A stretch of 62,801 nucleotides of DNA, the filler included, from Rhabdomonas costata (lineage: Eukaryota): the NCBI GenBank assembly GCA_019059605.1. It is 31 parts of 31 records of this genome, joined end to end, with 100 filler letters (N's around TTAATTAATTAA, not from the genome) between each part and the next. Parts side by side here need not be neighbours in the genome. Positions count along the whole stretch, not along the records: positions 12,165 to 14,085 come from JAHMHO010007278.1; positions 14,186 to 16,113 come from JAHMHO010007279.1; positions 16,214 to 18,141 come from JAHMHO010007280.1; positions 18,242 to 20,169 come from JAHMHO010007281.1; positions 20,270 to 22,196 come from JAHMHO010007282.1; positions 22,297 to 24,224 come from JAHMHO010007283.1; positions 24,325 to 26,302 come from JAHMHO010007284.1; 24 more parts are not named here. The stretch is one strand, 5' to 3'. Of the stretch, positions 12,333-24,888 are shown in pieces. Each line of letters starts with the position of its first letter. Within the stretch, counting starts at the first letter, position 1. The notes beneath the pieces are model-generated. The model searched no databases. It was not told the DNA's origin and was given only the letters and a program-made list of their open reading frames with translations. A program made the translations under genes and the position numbers.

Positions 12333-13477
12333 ACCTGTATGGCCAGAAGGATCTGCACTGTGGAGTCGGCTTTGGGGTAGCCCGCAGTGACAAAGACAAC
12401 CCTGCTGAAGGAGCGTGCCTGAAGAGCGGCATACAAGGGCTGGCCGGCCACAGGTGCCTTCTCACCTGCCAGAAAGGAAACAAGAGCATCAAGAAAGCAC
12501 GCCATTGCGTCATCCTATCCTCGCTATTCCCCACCTCGCCATGGAGCTACTAATATTACCCATAATGGTGTGAGGAGGTGGCCAGGTGGAGTAGGAATGG
12601 GGGGTGGGGGGAAATCGGCTGACCAATGAGTGACACAAGAGAAAGTTCAAGAGAATGGGGAAAAACCGAAATGGAAAAGAGGACCTGCCACCGCAGACAT
12701 TTCCTCCCGGCAGGAAAGGAGACTGCTTGTTCCCGCTCTCAACGACAAAAACGAAACAGAATACAGAAAACAGCCAAAGATGCCTGAAAAACAAAGGGGT
12801 AAAAAAAAGCTGTCACTACTTCACAAATAGCAGGCAAAAACGAAGGAAGCGCAACGTTTTGGGCGAGAAACGATCGACGCTGCGACGGGATTCGACAAAC
12901 CAAAAAGCAAGATTGAGAACCATTTCCCGGACAGGAGAACCACCAAACATAGCCCACCCAAGAGAACCCACCCCAAAGCAGAGCACTTTGATCAATGCCG
13001 CAAACGATGCTGCAAAAACGATATTGCACACATTGCTTGTAGCGTCTATGTGCTGATCGGGTTTGGATATTTCATTCATGGGGTAACCCATCACTATGCC
13101 TCAACGGCTTAAGAGTTCCTTACAATGGACGCTGAGTGCTCTCCAAGGAGCAAACCGAAAGAGCCTTCTGCCCAGAAAAAAAGACCCAATCCAACTATAA
13201 AACAATAATACCACAGAACATAATCGAAACGGAGTAATCATCAGTCACACGAAACTGGCGGTAGCTGTACATTCAGGTTCGACACAAAATATGCAATACA
13301 CAAGAACATTTTGGGGAGAAATACAGCGGCGGGACAGCACTTTCGCCGCCGCCAACGGAAAGCACAGGAAGCGTTTTTGTACACTGTCAAGCAGGAGCCT
13401 CAGTCTCTCCTCACAAGGGTCGCCCAGCGGCACCACGAGCTCGCGCAGCCGGGGAAGCCTGTGGGGCTGCAGGCGCT
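12333..13477 (-). CDS. Exon fragments of an unidentified gene
   Basis: Splice-site-bounded GC-rich segments RLQPHRLPRLRELVVPLGDPCEERLRLLLD (~13477-13385) and GEKAPVAGQPLYAALQARSFSRVVFVTAGYPKADSTVQILLAIQ (~12465-12333); no family recognised. Confidence 0.35.
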
Positions 13478-16400
13478 GCGAAAAAGGGTAAACCGAGGGA
13501 AGTTATTTTCGGGTCTCTTTTGCCTGCGGTCCCCATTTACTTTTTTCAATTGCACACTAGCACACTCACATGTAAACTCTAAAACTACCACCACATTGTT
13601 AACCCCCAAAACAAGCACTGTAATGTTGCATTCCAAGGGGGAAATACTGTGAAGGGGTGCAAGAGCGAAATGATGTTTGATGTCAGACCGAAATTGAGTA
13701 TTGCATCCCTCCCTTTATCCTATGCTCTGTGCTCTACAGCGAAAACACCACACCATGTGCGCACGTGCAGCACTACTGGAACCCACCAACGAACCGTGGA
13801 ACTGAATGGGAAAAGAAGCCACCAATGCATACCACATGCATGTACATGTGTACATGCGTACAATAGTATGAGGGTTGGAGCCTAAGCAACTTTTTTGCGC
13901 CTTGGCTTTCTCGCTTTTCTCATTATTGCAGTAGGTGCGCTGAGCGAGCCACGCGTTTGTGGTCACGCGCTGCGATGGGGACCGTCTGTTCAAACATGGG
14001 TGATTGCTCTCGAGTTACCTCCACAAACGGGCGCGTAATGAGTACAACAGCAAAGGGATACTACGCCAGTGAAACAAACCACCCCNNNNNNNNNNNNNNN
14101 NNNNNNNNNNNNNNNNNNNNNNNNNNNNNTTAATTAATTAANNNNNNNNNNNNNNNNNNNNNNNNNNNNNNNNNNNNNNNNNNNNTTTTGTGTGTGACGA
14201 AAACAATAAGTAGAGGAAGTTTGCTACCGTCTTCTCGAGGCTTCCATCCTTTTCGGGCTTCACACCACTGAGCTGTGAAGAAAGCAGAGTGTGTCCAGGA
14301 ACGAAACAGTGAAAAAAGCAGTGCCAGGTGAAGGATAAACAAGTTGTCTGCCAAGCGCCTGCCTAGAAACAAGGGGGCGGTTCGAAATGCATCCTAGCAC
14401 CACCATACAATTTCGAGAGGACAGAGCATTCACATTGCAATCGTCATCAAAATGTGGTGGCAAACACGGGTTGCACAAACAGCACACCGAAGACGGTGGA
14501 GGGCCAAAGTCCTGCAAAAATGGAAATGGGCACGAAGTCAACGATGGATCATGCTCCCACACCATTGCACTCCAACAACAGGGGTGGGGCAAAACACTGT
14601 CATACGTCGTCGAGGTCTTCAACCGTCGGTCGCGTTTTCGTCGCCTTCTCCTAAAGGATAGATACAAATAGAAAACCAGAACCCAAGCGCACGGCGAATG
14701 TTGAGACAGAAAAGCCACAGCCCTGCATCATAAAATCTGGATAGCACGTGTCAACGAATCTAATATGCGCCCATAAATGCACTAAAGAAACCTAAAAAGC
14801 TACTTATCAGGAGGCCTAGTGCGCAAAAAAAAACAGCTCTAGGCATGCGCTGTTTGTTGTTTGCTTGTCTTGTGAATTCGCGACGCCGTTTACAAGGATG
14901 TCTGTTCAATGCTTCGGAAGGGATTGCTGTTGACAGCGGCATCTTGCTAAAGCTATGAGGGGATGACGTCATATAAATCCGAGCTTTTGAAACTTCTGTA
15001 GCTGATGCCCGGAATACTTGAGGACAACTGGGCAAACAAAAACAAAGAAAACTACCTTAGGCGAAACCTTGAGCGAGAGCTCCTCCAGCTCCTCCTGAAA
15101 AAGGAGATAGAACGATCCGTTTATTGTTCTTTTGCTTTCCCAGCAGCAGTGGTTTCTGGGCAACACATACTTCCAAAGCGTCGAAGGCGCTGATGGGATC
15201 CTTCCTTGGCAAGCGGGAGAGATCCTGCAGCACAGAGAAAATAAGCGGACTCGTCAAATTCGCCCAAAAAAGTGATTGTCTTGATTGCCGAAACAAAAAA
15301 TGGCAGATGGCGGGACACAGGGGCACTGCCGGTGTGCCGTTTAACGTTTAACATTCCTTTTCTTGACAGCTCACAAAGTATTTCCAGTGGCCAAAGTGTC
15401 ACAGCTCTCAGATGATGCAGGTCCGTCTCATCAAATTTGGGCCCCCAACCTGCCAACCTAGCTGAAGTAAAGTCTTCCTGGGCCATGAAAGGAGTCACCC
15501 AGCGAGTAGGGTTTTGAGAGTGTGATTTGAAGCGCAGAGTCCTGCCCCCTCCCCTTTCCGAATGACCCCTGGCGATTGGTAGAGGTCCGCAGAGGAGGAT
15601 AGTTGGGTGCTGCTGAAAAAATCCCCCTAAACGATAAAAAGGGATTCATCAGAGACATACATGCATACCAGGGTGCCTTTTCGAACTTCTGCAGTCAGTG
15701 CGTCAATCTTTCGGTCCATCACCTGCAGCATCTGCGGGAAGGGGGGGTAGGGTAGGGGCGGTCCCACATCAGAACACCGTCAGCAACGAATTCGGCTGAT
15801 GTGCAAATTAGTAAACGGATTAAAAACAAAGCGGTCGCCTTTGATGCAATATTCATTTGTTGCGAATCACCCATCTTCATTCCAGACAAAGTTTGCTCCG
15901 CTTACTTTTTCTGCTCCTGCAACATCATTTTGATGGAGGGGCCTTGTGGGAGTTGCTTGGGTTCTCTTCATTGCAATTGTAAGTATACTGAGCAGGCTGC
16001 GTGAGCGCGCATGTGCTGAGGCGTGTCTACATACCCTCATTAGGTCAGCCAATGTCACGTCCCTCTTGTAGTGAGTTTCATCCTGGAAAAAAACCGACAG
16101 TTACCCAACAACANNNNNNNNNNNNNNNNNNNNNNNNNNNNNNNNNNNNNNNNNNNNTTAATTAATTAANNNNNNNNNNNNNNNNNNNNNNNNNNNNNNN
16201 NNNNNNNNNNNNNGGTGTTTGGGTTTTTGTCCAGTGGAATGTGGAAGGAAGTAGTTTGTGGTGGAAGGGAATGCAGGGTTTGCATCAAGTCAGAAATGAT
16301 CTGATTTGTTCTGTCACCCATCTGGATTTTAGCCTGGAACTTGAGGAGAGCCGTCTCATTTTGGGGGTGGCGCGAAGCCCTTTTTGCCAGAGCCCTCTCC

Positions 16401-17143
16401 TGATCTCATGACTTGAGTTTGAGTGGCCGTTTGGTATATACAAAAGACCCCAGGCCTGCTTCGGCTTAGCCCTCTTAGTTCACGTTGCCGTTTGGTTAGG
16501 TTAATATTTGTTTCTTTTGTAAACGTTTGTTTTCTCCCCGCAAGCACAAGAGAACAGCATAAAAGCATGTCCACGGGAACACAGAAGGAAAAACCGAAGG
16601 TATCAGAAATGGTCTGGGGAGAAGTGTGAGAAGACAGCGCGTGGGAATGTCTGTGGCGGTGGAGGGCGTGACCGCCAGCACCGCACTAGGGAAGAGACAG
16701 CGCGTGAGCACGTCCATCATGCAGCAGCTTTTGAAGCCTCGCCTTGCTGCGCTTGCTGTAGTCTGGATAAATCGTGAAATCACTTTTTTTGTGTATTGCA
16801 GCCCTTCCTGAATTTGTACTCATGCAACCCCAACTTCAACAACATTGACGTCGACAAGCCCTTTGCGCAGGTCCTTGCGTTTCGCTGCAAACCGTTTTCG
16901 TTCATTGGTGCATTTCCGAATTGAGGTTTTCTTGGGTTCCTTTTTTATCCTTATTTTTCTATGTGCTCATAAATTTGGAGATTGAAAAGGCTTCGTTTGA
17001 GATATCATCACGCTCGTCACCATCACCATCATTTGCAGAAAACTCTAATTTGCGAGCATCAATTGGTTTTATTTCGGTGAAGGAAGGCCGTTGAGCACAA
17101 TTTTTCAGCAACTTTCCTGGTTTTACCATGATTTTGGTTTCAG

Positions 17144-17819
17144 GTGACCGCCGAGTTGATCACGGTTGTAGACAAAGCCAGACAACAGCTGGGATTCACC
17201 TCTAACCCGGCGCCGCCGTTGCCCCCGGCGGGTGGGGAGCAGTCGCAGGCAGGGGAGCCCGGGTCTGGCCGCACCCCGGTCTCAGCCTCCGCCACGTTTG
17301 TGCCTGCCAGCACCCCGTACCTGCAGCTGGTGACCCGCAAGAAGGAGGTCATGAAGGTGCTCACCGCCATGCAGGTCAACCGTGTCTTCCCCCTTCGTTC
17401 AAAATAGCAAGGGCCCACATTTCATTCGGGGTGGTGCGGGAAACGGTGCAGGGTTGTTCAGGAACCGTGGAACCGGTGGTTGGTTAAGATCGTTCGTCAG
17501 AGAGCTAGAGAAGAGATAAGGGCAAGCTGAAGAGTGGGTGTGAGCATTCTGCCGCGTTTGTAGATGGCAAGTGTGCTTGTATATACGTTTAAACGTTTAA
17601 GGAGTTCAACGGCTCGTTTTCTTCTCATTTCTCCTCATGCACCCCCCTCCCTCTCTCTCGTACTCTTTCTGTGCTGATTTAGAACTTCATTGGACTGAAC
17701 CCGGGTCGCGAGCGAAGGTTTCCCGGCAGCAGTGTGATGGCTGTGGATGAGTCCGCCCTGCGGACAATCTGCAGCTCCGAGCACCGCTACCTTGTCTCCA
17801 AGAAAGTCGTCGGGACACG
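17144..17819 (+). CDS. mRNA capping enzyme (RNA guanylyltransferase, RNGTT/Ceg1-like), partial; exons 17144-17374 and 17683-17819
   Basis: The spliced peptide YLQLVTRKKEVMKVLTAMQ|NFIGLNPGRERRFPGSSVMAVDESALRTICSSEHRYLVSKKVVGTR follows the guanylyltransferase N-terminal pattern FPGxQPVS(M/L)D...YxVSxKxDGTR. The phase-0 GT-AG intron keeps the frame. Confidence 0.7.
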
Positions 17820-18764
17820 GTGCCTTCATATCTCTTCTCTTCCACTCCTCCCCCTCCCCCTTCTCCTCGTCCGAAGGCATCAAAGAAGGCATGCCGATCC
17901 TGGGCTTCACATTCCGCGGCAAGCAACTCAAATTTATCGCTTTGCGCTCTGGAAATTTCGCTTTCTGGCAGGATATGAGCTGCATATATCAGTTCTCGCT
18001 TTCTTTCAAGACAAAAACATAAAAAAACGTGAGACAAATGCTTAACTTTCCGGACAACGCACTAACCAATCAATTAATCTCACTCACACTCGCTCGCTCA
18101 CTAACCTGACCACAGTGATCAAATGATATACCCCCCACAACNNNNNNNNNNNNNNNNNNNNNNNNNNNNNNNNNNNNNNNNNNNNTTAATTAATTAANNN
18201 NNNNNNNNNNNNNNNNNNNNNNNNNNNNNNNNNNNNNNNNNGTGGGGGGGGAAGGGGAGTGAGGTTTCTCTGTTTACTCTTCTCTTCACCGCAACAAGCA
18301 AAATGTTAGGGCACCTTGAGTGGGGTGAAAGACAATAGCCAAAAAAAGGAAAGTAAACTCAACCCCTGAGAAAACGGGCGGTGAGTTGCACGGGTGGCCG
18401 CTGTGGTACGCATATTAGCCGGAAGCTGAGTCGAGCTTGTTGGGGAATGGATGTCACTCTCTGCGTCTTTTTTCCCCCTTCTTTTGCCCTCTATCACGCA
18501 TTTTCCTCTGGCGGATGCCTGCCAGTGCATTCGGCTCAAGCCTGACTGGCCAAAGGTGCACTATTGAACACTCTTTTTGTGTGGACACGGCACCATCTGA
18601 ATTGAATTGGAGGCAGAAATATTGAAGCGACGTTCGGTTTTTTTCCCAGATTCTTTTCTCTGATAGTTTGATTGGCTTTTGCAATTGTTAGGGATGTTCG
18701 TGAGGTTGTAAGGCTCCACCTTTTTCGCGTTCCGAACTTGTCTTTTTTGTGTTTTGGGGCGCAG

Positions 18765-18923
18765 GGCTACTTCAGGAAGGGTGCGGCGCTGATGCTGATG
18801 GGCCGTCACGAAGAGGCCCGCAGTGCGCTGGTGGAGGGCCTGCAGCTCGACCCCAACAACGCTGACCTCACTCAGACCCTGAAGTTGCTGAACGAGAAGG
18901 TGGCCTCCGCTCAAATGAAGTAG
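18765..18923 (+). CDS. Terminal exon of a TPR-repeat protein (STI1/Hop-like TPR)
   Basis: GCGCAG acceptor, then GYFRKGAALMLMGRHEEARSALVEGLQLDPNN..., a canonical TPR motif, ending at TAG. Confidence 0.85.
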   Translation, partial: GYFRKGAALMLMGRHEEARSALVEGLQLDPNNADLTQTLKLLNEKVASAQMK

Positions 18924-20295
18924 CCCGCGGCGCAATTGGCGAAGGGCGGTTGAAGGCGCGACCAATCACGTTTTCTCTGGTAGCCCTTCTTTCCGCTGAT
19001 GGCTCACATGTGTTGGAAGAGGACTTCGGGGAACGATTGGGCCTACAGCGTGGACCTGTGATTTTTTTTGTGTTTGTGGAGAAGTGATTGGAGGGTTGCC
19101 CTTGTTGGACTCTCAATCGGCTTTTCTGGGGGTGCCGGAGTCGTGACTCTCGGGGACTTCGTTTTGTAGAGCTCTACTTTTAAAACGTTAGTTCGTTTTG
19201 CCGACCGTGATATCTGTGAACGTCTGCTGGTTCTTTTGCATCCAGTTGGGACTTGACTTCTGCTGAATTGGCTGATCAGGTCAAATCAAACACATGGATT
19301 TTGAGCGATTCAAAATCTTGTCACGAAGACCTGTCCCCCCCGAGTTTCTTGTCGTGGGAATGGTGCTTTACGTGGCACGTGGCAATAGCTTGAAATTATC
19401 TCCGTTTCCGTCTGCAATTTTTTGATGTCGCAGTTGCCTGTTTTTTTTTTCGCCTTTCCGGAAATGAAAGCAGCACTCTTGCTGCTGATCATGGGCGAAC
19501 TTTACCAATGCTCAGCCCAGGTTTTTGTGTGAATGCATGCCGCCAACAGCGTGAAATCGCCCAGGTCAAGTTCGCGAAAGGATGCCAGTCCAGCCACTCA
19601 AATCAGTGTGTGTATGTGTTTGTGAATTTTGGTTTCGAGCCGGTTTCGGTGCCTGACGTCCCTACCAGTGTTAGTTGGAAAATATTGGGAGGTTGTGTTT
19701 GGAAAACACCTTTTTTGCGCTCTTATATTTAGAGCTCCACCCTCTGCGACTACTCCGAGTACTTCACTTCAGGACAGACCCCTGCAAGCGGGAGTTGCGC
19801 AGGTGTGTGTGAGTGTGCGGGTGGGTGGGTGTCTTCTCCGCCCATTCTGTCCTAGGTAATGCAGTTTTTTCCTCCGTGTTTTGATGCCCCGGCTTGGTAA
19901 CCCCTCTTTGTTCTTCTGCTCGCCGTGCCGTAATGAACTGTGAATTCGATAGGATCTAAGGCATTGCACTGAAGAGACGCTCCTCAACAGTTGACATGAC
20001 TACGATCCAGAGTTTACCTCGTCAGCAGCCAAGCCAATGCAGGCCCTGCTCCCTTTTTTCCCTTCGGCACCCTTTGCGCAGGCCCGCTCGAGCGTGCCGA
20101 GAAGCTTTATGTGGCCTTGAACGCGACCTTGTGTGGCGTGGCTGGGGTCGCCTTCAAGGCCACACAAACNNNNNNNNNNNNNNNNNNNNNNNNNNNNNNN
20201 NNNNNNNNNNNNNTTAATTAATTAANNNNNNNNNNNNNNNNNNNNNNNNNNNNNNNNNNNNNNNNNNNNGGTGTGGTGTATGGAATGTGACCGTG

Positions 20296-21577
20296 TCACG
20301 TCAAAAGCAGATGTTCAAAGAAGTCCAGCCTAGAAACCCCACCCCATCCACCCCGAAAGAACACATCACCAGGCTCTGTCCGCAACGCAATCCCGATGTT
20401 GTTAGTGAAGGATGGTGGTGATGGGTTTTCCATTGCAAATGAGAAATTTTCCCTGAGGGTTTCCATGCTTCCCGGTTTTCGCCGAAGAAGCGAGGTAACA
20501 GCCTGCAACTGCGCCACCGCTCACGCTCACAGCCGCCTCAGCACACGTCCCCCGGCTCTTCTCTGCGTTTTTGTACAATCCATTTCGGATATTTTTGACA
20601 CTTTCGACAAAAGCGGTGAATTCAAACAAAAGTAAGAGCAGTTTCCTTTGCTCCCAGCTCAAAAAAGCGTCATTCTAACTCCTGCCCTTTCCCCTCTCTT
20701 CATCCCCCCGCCCCGTTGCATGGGCTCGGACCACTTAATCTTGGGGTGGCCGGGGAGCCGTTGAGCGAGGCTCTGCTTCAAGGTTCGGTTGAAAGTCTTC
20801 ACAATGGGCCGGGTGCAGTCCAGGATGGGCAGAGCGGGGTGGACGTACACGGTGAACCCACGGGAGGCCTGCAGCTCCTGCAGCACGGCGAGGTAAATGT
20901 CCACCGCAACCTGTCCCAGTGAGCGTGCGTGCGTGCGTGCACACGCCACGCGTGGGGTGCAAGCTAGTCGGGGCCTTCAGCTCTGGGCAGGGAAGGGGTG
21001 ACCTGTGTGTTATACCATGCTTGTGTGTGGACCGGTGACAGAAACCGATCGCACGTGACGCTTTGCTACATCATGTGCAGGTTTTGTTTCTACTGAAGAC
21101 GTCCCCTTTTGCTCTTTGTTTCGGGTGAGACGAAAGTGCAACCACCACAGAAAAAGACCGTGCAACGCCGTACCCAGTGTCGGATGCACCCACATTTTGC
21201 CGGTGAAATCAAGGGGAGGCTCCCATGATCTACTACGCCAAGGGCAACACGCAGATAAACCAAAAAAATGTCCATTCATACGTTCGTGAAGATGAGTAAA
21301 AGCGTAGTGCTGAGTGCTGGCATCATGCAAAAGATGGCACCAAGCATGCAGGAGAAGAAAGCTCTTTTCCACCATGTCGCAAAGTGGGATTGAGTGGAGA
21401 TGGTGGTGGACGCAGTATGGAGGAACCTGAATTCCCTCCTGCAGGTCGGCGTATATGCCCTTGTCCACGGCCAGCAGAATGCCTTCCCTGCAGTCAATCT
21501 CTCCGAAGATGAACACCACTGAGGCACCATCGGGGATGCCCTCCACGACGTTGTAAAAGTTGTTTTTGGGGTAGAAC
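20296..21577 (-). CDS. Conserved hypothetical protein with an SGNH/GDSL-like alpha/beta domain (exons 21577-21427, 20910-20732, 20329-~20296)
   Basis: Spliced FYPKNNFYNVVEGIPDGASVVFIFGEIDCREG...GIQ|VAVDIYLAVLQELQASRGFTVYVHPALPILDCTRPIVKTFNRTL...KIKW|LDFFEHLL, with consistent phases. VVFIFGEIDC resembles SGNH block III (GxND). Confidence 0.6.
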
Positions 21578-22355
21578 CTTTTGAAAAAACCGAATAAATA
21601 CAAAAAAGTGGTTCGGTATTTCAATACTGAAGTTTAATAATACAGGATTTTCTTTTCATTTGTTCAGCAGCGCGCAACAACAATGCACAGTTGCAAACCG
21701 CAAAAAAAAAGTGATACAGGAAGCAAACCATAAATTACAGAGGCATAAGACAAAGGGAAAACATGGCCAAATAAGGCAGAAAAGCAAAATTGGGTTCCGA
21801 AGCGAAAAAGGGCCCCCAGGCTACTTCGAATGCTTTGCAACAGTGCAAACCTCAAGCTGCATGTTTTAATCACCTCTTTCCAAGCAACGTGGTTTGTGGA
21901 AAAAGGCGTACACGAGTTCCTGGAGCATTAACCAATGAATTGTGCTAGCAAACGATCCCACCCATTCATTCGCAAGAAGCAAATCACATTCAACCCGTTC
22001 AATGTACTACACGGTTGGGCTACACGGCCCATCAAAGGTGAGTTGCGTCCAATCCAAGAAAGAAAAAGAAAAGGCCTTGCTGTCAGCCGCAAATTCTGCA
22101 GGGCAAGTTCTTTTGGGAGTTGGAGCTGCGCTGGCTGCATTTACTGCAACCCCCCCTCCCTCCCTCCCGTTGGCAGCCCGGGGAAACAGAAGGGTGNNNN
22201 NNNNNNNNNNNNNNNNNNNNNNNNNNNNNNNNNNNNNNNNTTAATTAATTAANNNNNNNNNNNNNNNNNNNNNNNNNNNNNNNNNNNNNNNNNNNNCGGC
22301 GCTGCACAGAGAGGGAAGGAGGGGGGAGGGGGACGAGTGTTGCTCTGTCTCGCAG

Positions 22356-23247
22356 CGGGGTGCACAAGCCCAAGCGCTCGAAGTTTGAGCGGCTGCTGAA
22401 CCATGAGTTTGTGCTGCTCGGGGTGGTGATGTTCCTGATATGCGCGGGGATGGCCGTGGGGACGGGGCTGTGGTGCACCGAGACCTCCTTCCAAATCGCC
22501 GTGGCGGGGCACGGGAGCCCCGCGTGGCAGGGCTTTCTGGCATTTTGGGTGGGCCTGCTTATGTTCCAGGTGCTCATCCCGATCGCCATGTACGTCATGC
22601 TGGAGGTGTGCTCCTCTCGTCGGTTGGATTGGGTGGGATGTTTCTGGTTGGTGATCACTGTTCTTCCTTGGTTATGGGTAGGATTTGGGTTATTTTGGAT
22701 AGTATTTGCAATAGCCCCCCTTTGCCTGACGGCCGCCCCCTTAAGTATTGTCCCTGTCGCCTCAAAAAGGCACAACTGGAAAGCGCGCTCTTCGAGTAAT
22801 TTCGGTCGTGGAAATTCTGGTGAAGTCCTAGTTTGTGCCAGAGATGCATTTGTTTGCAATATGTCACACCCCCATATACCAGCCAGATGTATATGGGGTA
22901 CATCAACCAGGAATATCAACCAGACGCGTAGCAGTTTCAAAACAGTTTTCTCACTCCCTGTGACGTTGGTCCTAGACGCTAACCCCGATGTTTGTATTTG
23001 TGGGATCCTGCGGATGGTTAAGTTGTCAGCTTTTCAGATGAAGTGCATCAGCAAGACCTCTTTGGGTATGAAGAGGTGTTCTCCCGCATGGCTGTGGTTG
23101 TGCAGGCCGTGAAGCTGGCTCTGAGCCGCCTAATCGAGGTGGACGTCGAGCTGTATAGCGAGGAGAGCGACATGAGGACCTCGGTACACGCCATGAACAT
23201 ACCTGAGAACCTGGGGCAGGTCGAGCACATCTTCTCTGACAAGACAG
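22356..23247 (+). CDS. P4-type ATPase (phospholipid flippase), partial; exons 22356-22605 and 23106-23247
   Basis: KRSKFERLLN, two transmembrane helices ending LIPIAMYVMLE, then ...MNIPENLGQVEHIFSDKTG, the P4-ATPase signature (IPISLYV; EELGQVEYIFSDKTGTLT). Confidence 0.95.
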
Positions 23248-23552
23248 GTTTCGCCCCGCCCCGCGAGATACCCTCATCCACACTAATGCAGACAAAGTCG
23301 AGCGCGGGGACATCCCCTTATCTGCCCATCAAGCATCTCTCACTCGGATAAGGATGTGTCCAGTGAAGAAGAAGGCAGCATCCCGCGGGCTTCAGCATTT
23401 CCTTTGTTTTCCTCTCAAGACTCCAAGACGCTGCGGGAGTGAGGGCCGGAAAGCGCCCTTCCCCCTTGTCGTGGTTGGGACTCGGAGTAGTATTGTACGC
23501 CTCGGTTCGTTTGTTGTGCCGGGACACACATGTGCAGGGAAAGGGGCGATGT

Positions 23553-23923
23553 GGCTTCTGGACCGTGAGACGTTATACCATGTAGTGTACTCAACTCAGT
23601 GGCGAGGGAATGCACTGGGAGAAGGATTCCGGGAAGGAAGTGGCATGCCTTCGTACTCCTCCGGAATGCCCGAGGCGATCTCCAGGACGGTCCTCAGGGA
23701 AAGCACGTGGAGCTTCCGCAGTGTCATCACATTGTCCGTAAGCGTGCCTGCGCAACCGCAACCCACAGAATTAGTGACCATGTGCACACCAAAGCAACCA
23801 TAAAACCGCACACGGCCTGGTGTTCTGGGTTGGGTACATCCACCGTCGCCTGAGCACCCAATTACCAGCCTCGGCACTGAGTTGAGTACACTACATGGTA
23901 TAACGTCTCACGGTCCAGAAGCC
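23553..23923. repeat. Pair of perfect 49-bp inverted repeats (23553-23601 and 23875-23923) bracketing the inverted exon
   Basis: GGCTTCTGGACCGTGAGACGTTATACCATGTAGTGTACTCAACTCAGTG and its exact reverse complement; partial similarity continues on both sides. Confidence 0.97.
23649..23747 (-). CDS. Next exon of the same P4-ATPase, in inverted orientation
   Basis: The minus strand reads TTGCGCAG|GC ACG CTT ACG GAC AAT GTG ATG..., completing the phase-1 DKT-G to give DKTGTLTDNVMTLRK. The likely donor is GAAG|GCATGC (less certain). Confidence 0.9.
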
Positions 23924-24888
23924 CCACGCCCTTCCCCCTCCCACACACCTACCCACCTGACTCAAACAAACGCAACAGTTCGTCTAGCTGTTCGTCTAGC
24001 TGACTTCAAATGGAGAAATGGAGATAAGAGCGATAAAGATGAAGAAGAGGTAGAAGCACCCGATGAAATTTAAAATTTAGGCAAAGCAAAGACAAAAATC
24101 ACAGCATTCAAATGTGCAGAAAGGTATACTGACTCTTTAATCTGAGGACGAGAGAACGCTGCTCACCACAAGTACCGTTGTCTACTCCATAAACGGAAGT
24201 GAAGTGCCTTTTTTCACCCAAAACNNNNNNNNNNNNNNNNNNNNNNNNNNNNNNNNNNNNNNNNNNNNTTAATTAATTAANNNNNNNNNNNNNNNNNNNN
24301 NNNNNNNNNNNNNNNNNNNNNNNNTGTGTGGTGTGGTTGAGCATCCGCTGAGTGAAGCTGGGCATTGCTCTTATTTTTTATCTCTTGGCTTTCGTTTCAT
24401 TGGTTTACTAGAGACACAATTTGCCATCCATACTTGCAGTTTCTTACAGTCTCCCTTGAATTCAGCAGAATGAGTGAATGCCTTTCACTGATGTTGGTTT
24501 GTCGGTCATCGTAACCGTTAAAATTGACTCGAAATGTTCTGAAATCTGATGGCTGGGGTTGAACGTCGACACCTGCTACACCGAGAGAGCAGTTGATTTA
24601 AGCAGCCTTTCATATCCGACCCGGTCCAAGATTGCGACCCTGTTGCAAGATAGATCGTTGAGACTGAAACATTTAATCACCGGACCAAACTGGGATTCCC
24701 AAATCCGTTAATTTCTCTCTCTCTTTTTTTCATGAAAGGTCGCTTCTACTAACTGAATAAAAGTTCCCACTTTGATGACACGGGCAATATCCCCGTCGTG
24801 GAGCAAGCGTTGCTCGAGCACATTAGCGATGACTGCGCTGCTTTGGTGGGGTAAACGGTGCAGTTGAGTGGGGGTTCTGCTTTCCCAG

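Noticed and set aside
24548-24640. tRNA-Leu-like sequence on the minus strand (CTTAAAT loop, hairpin, GTTCAAC)
   Set aside because: The acceptor, D and T stems do not pair convincingly; at most a decayed tRNA-derived repeat.
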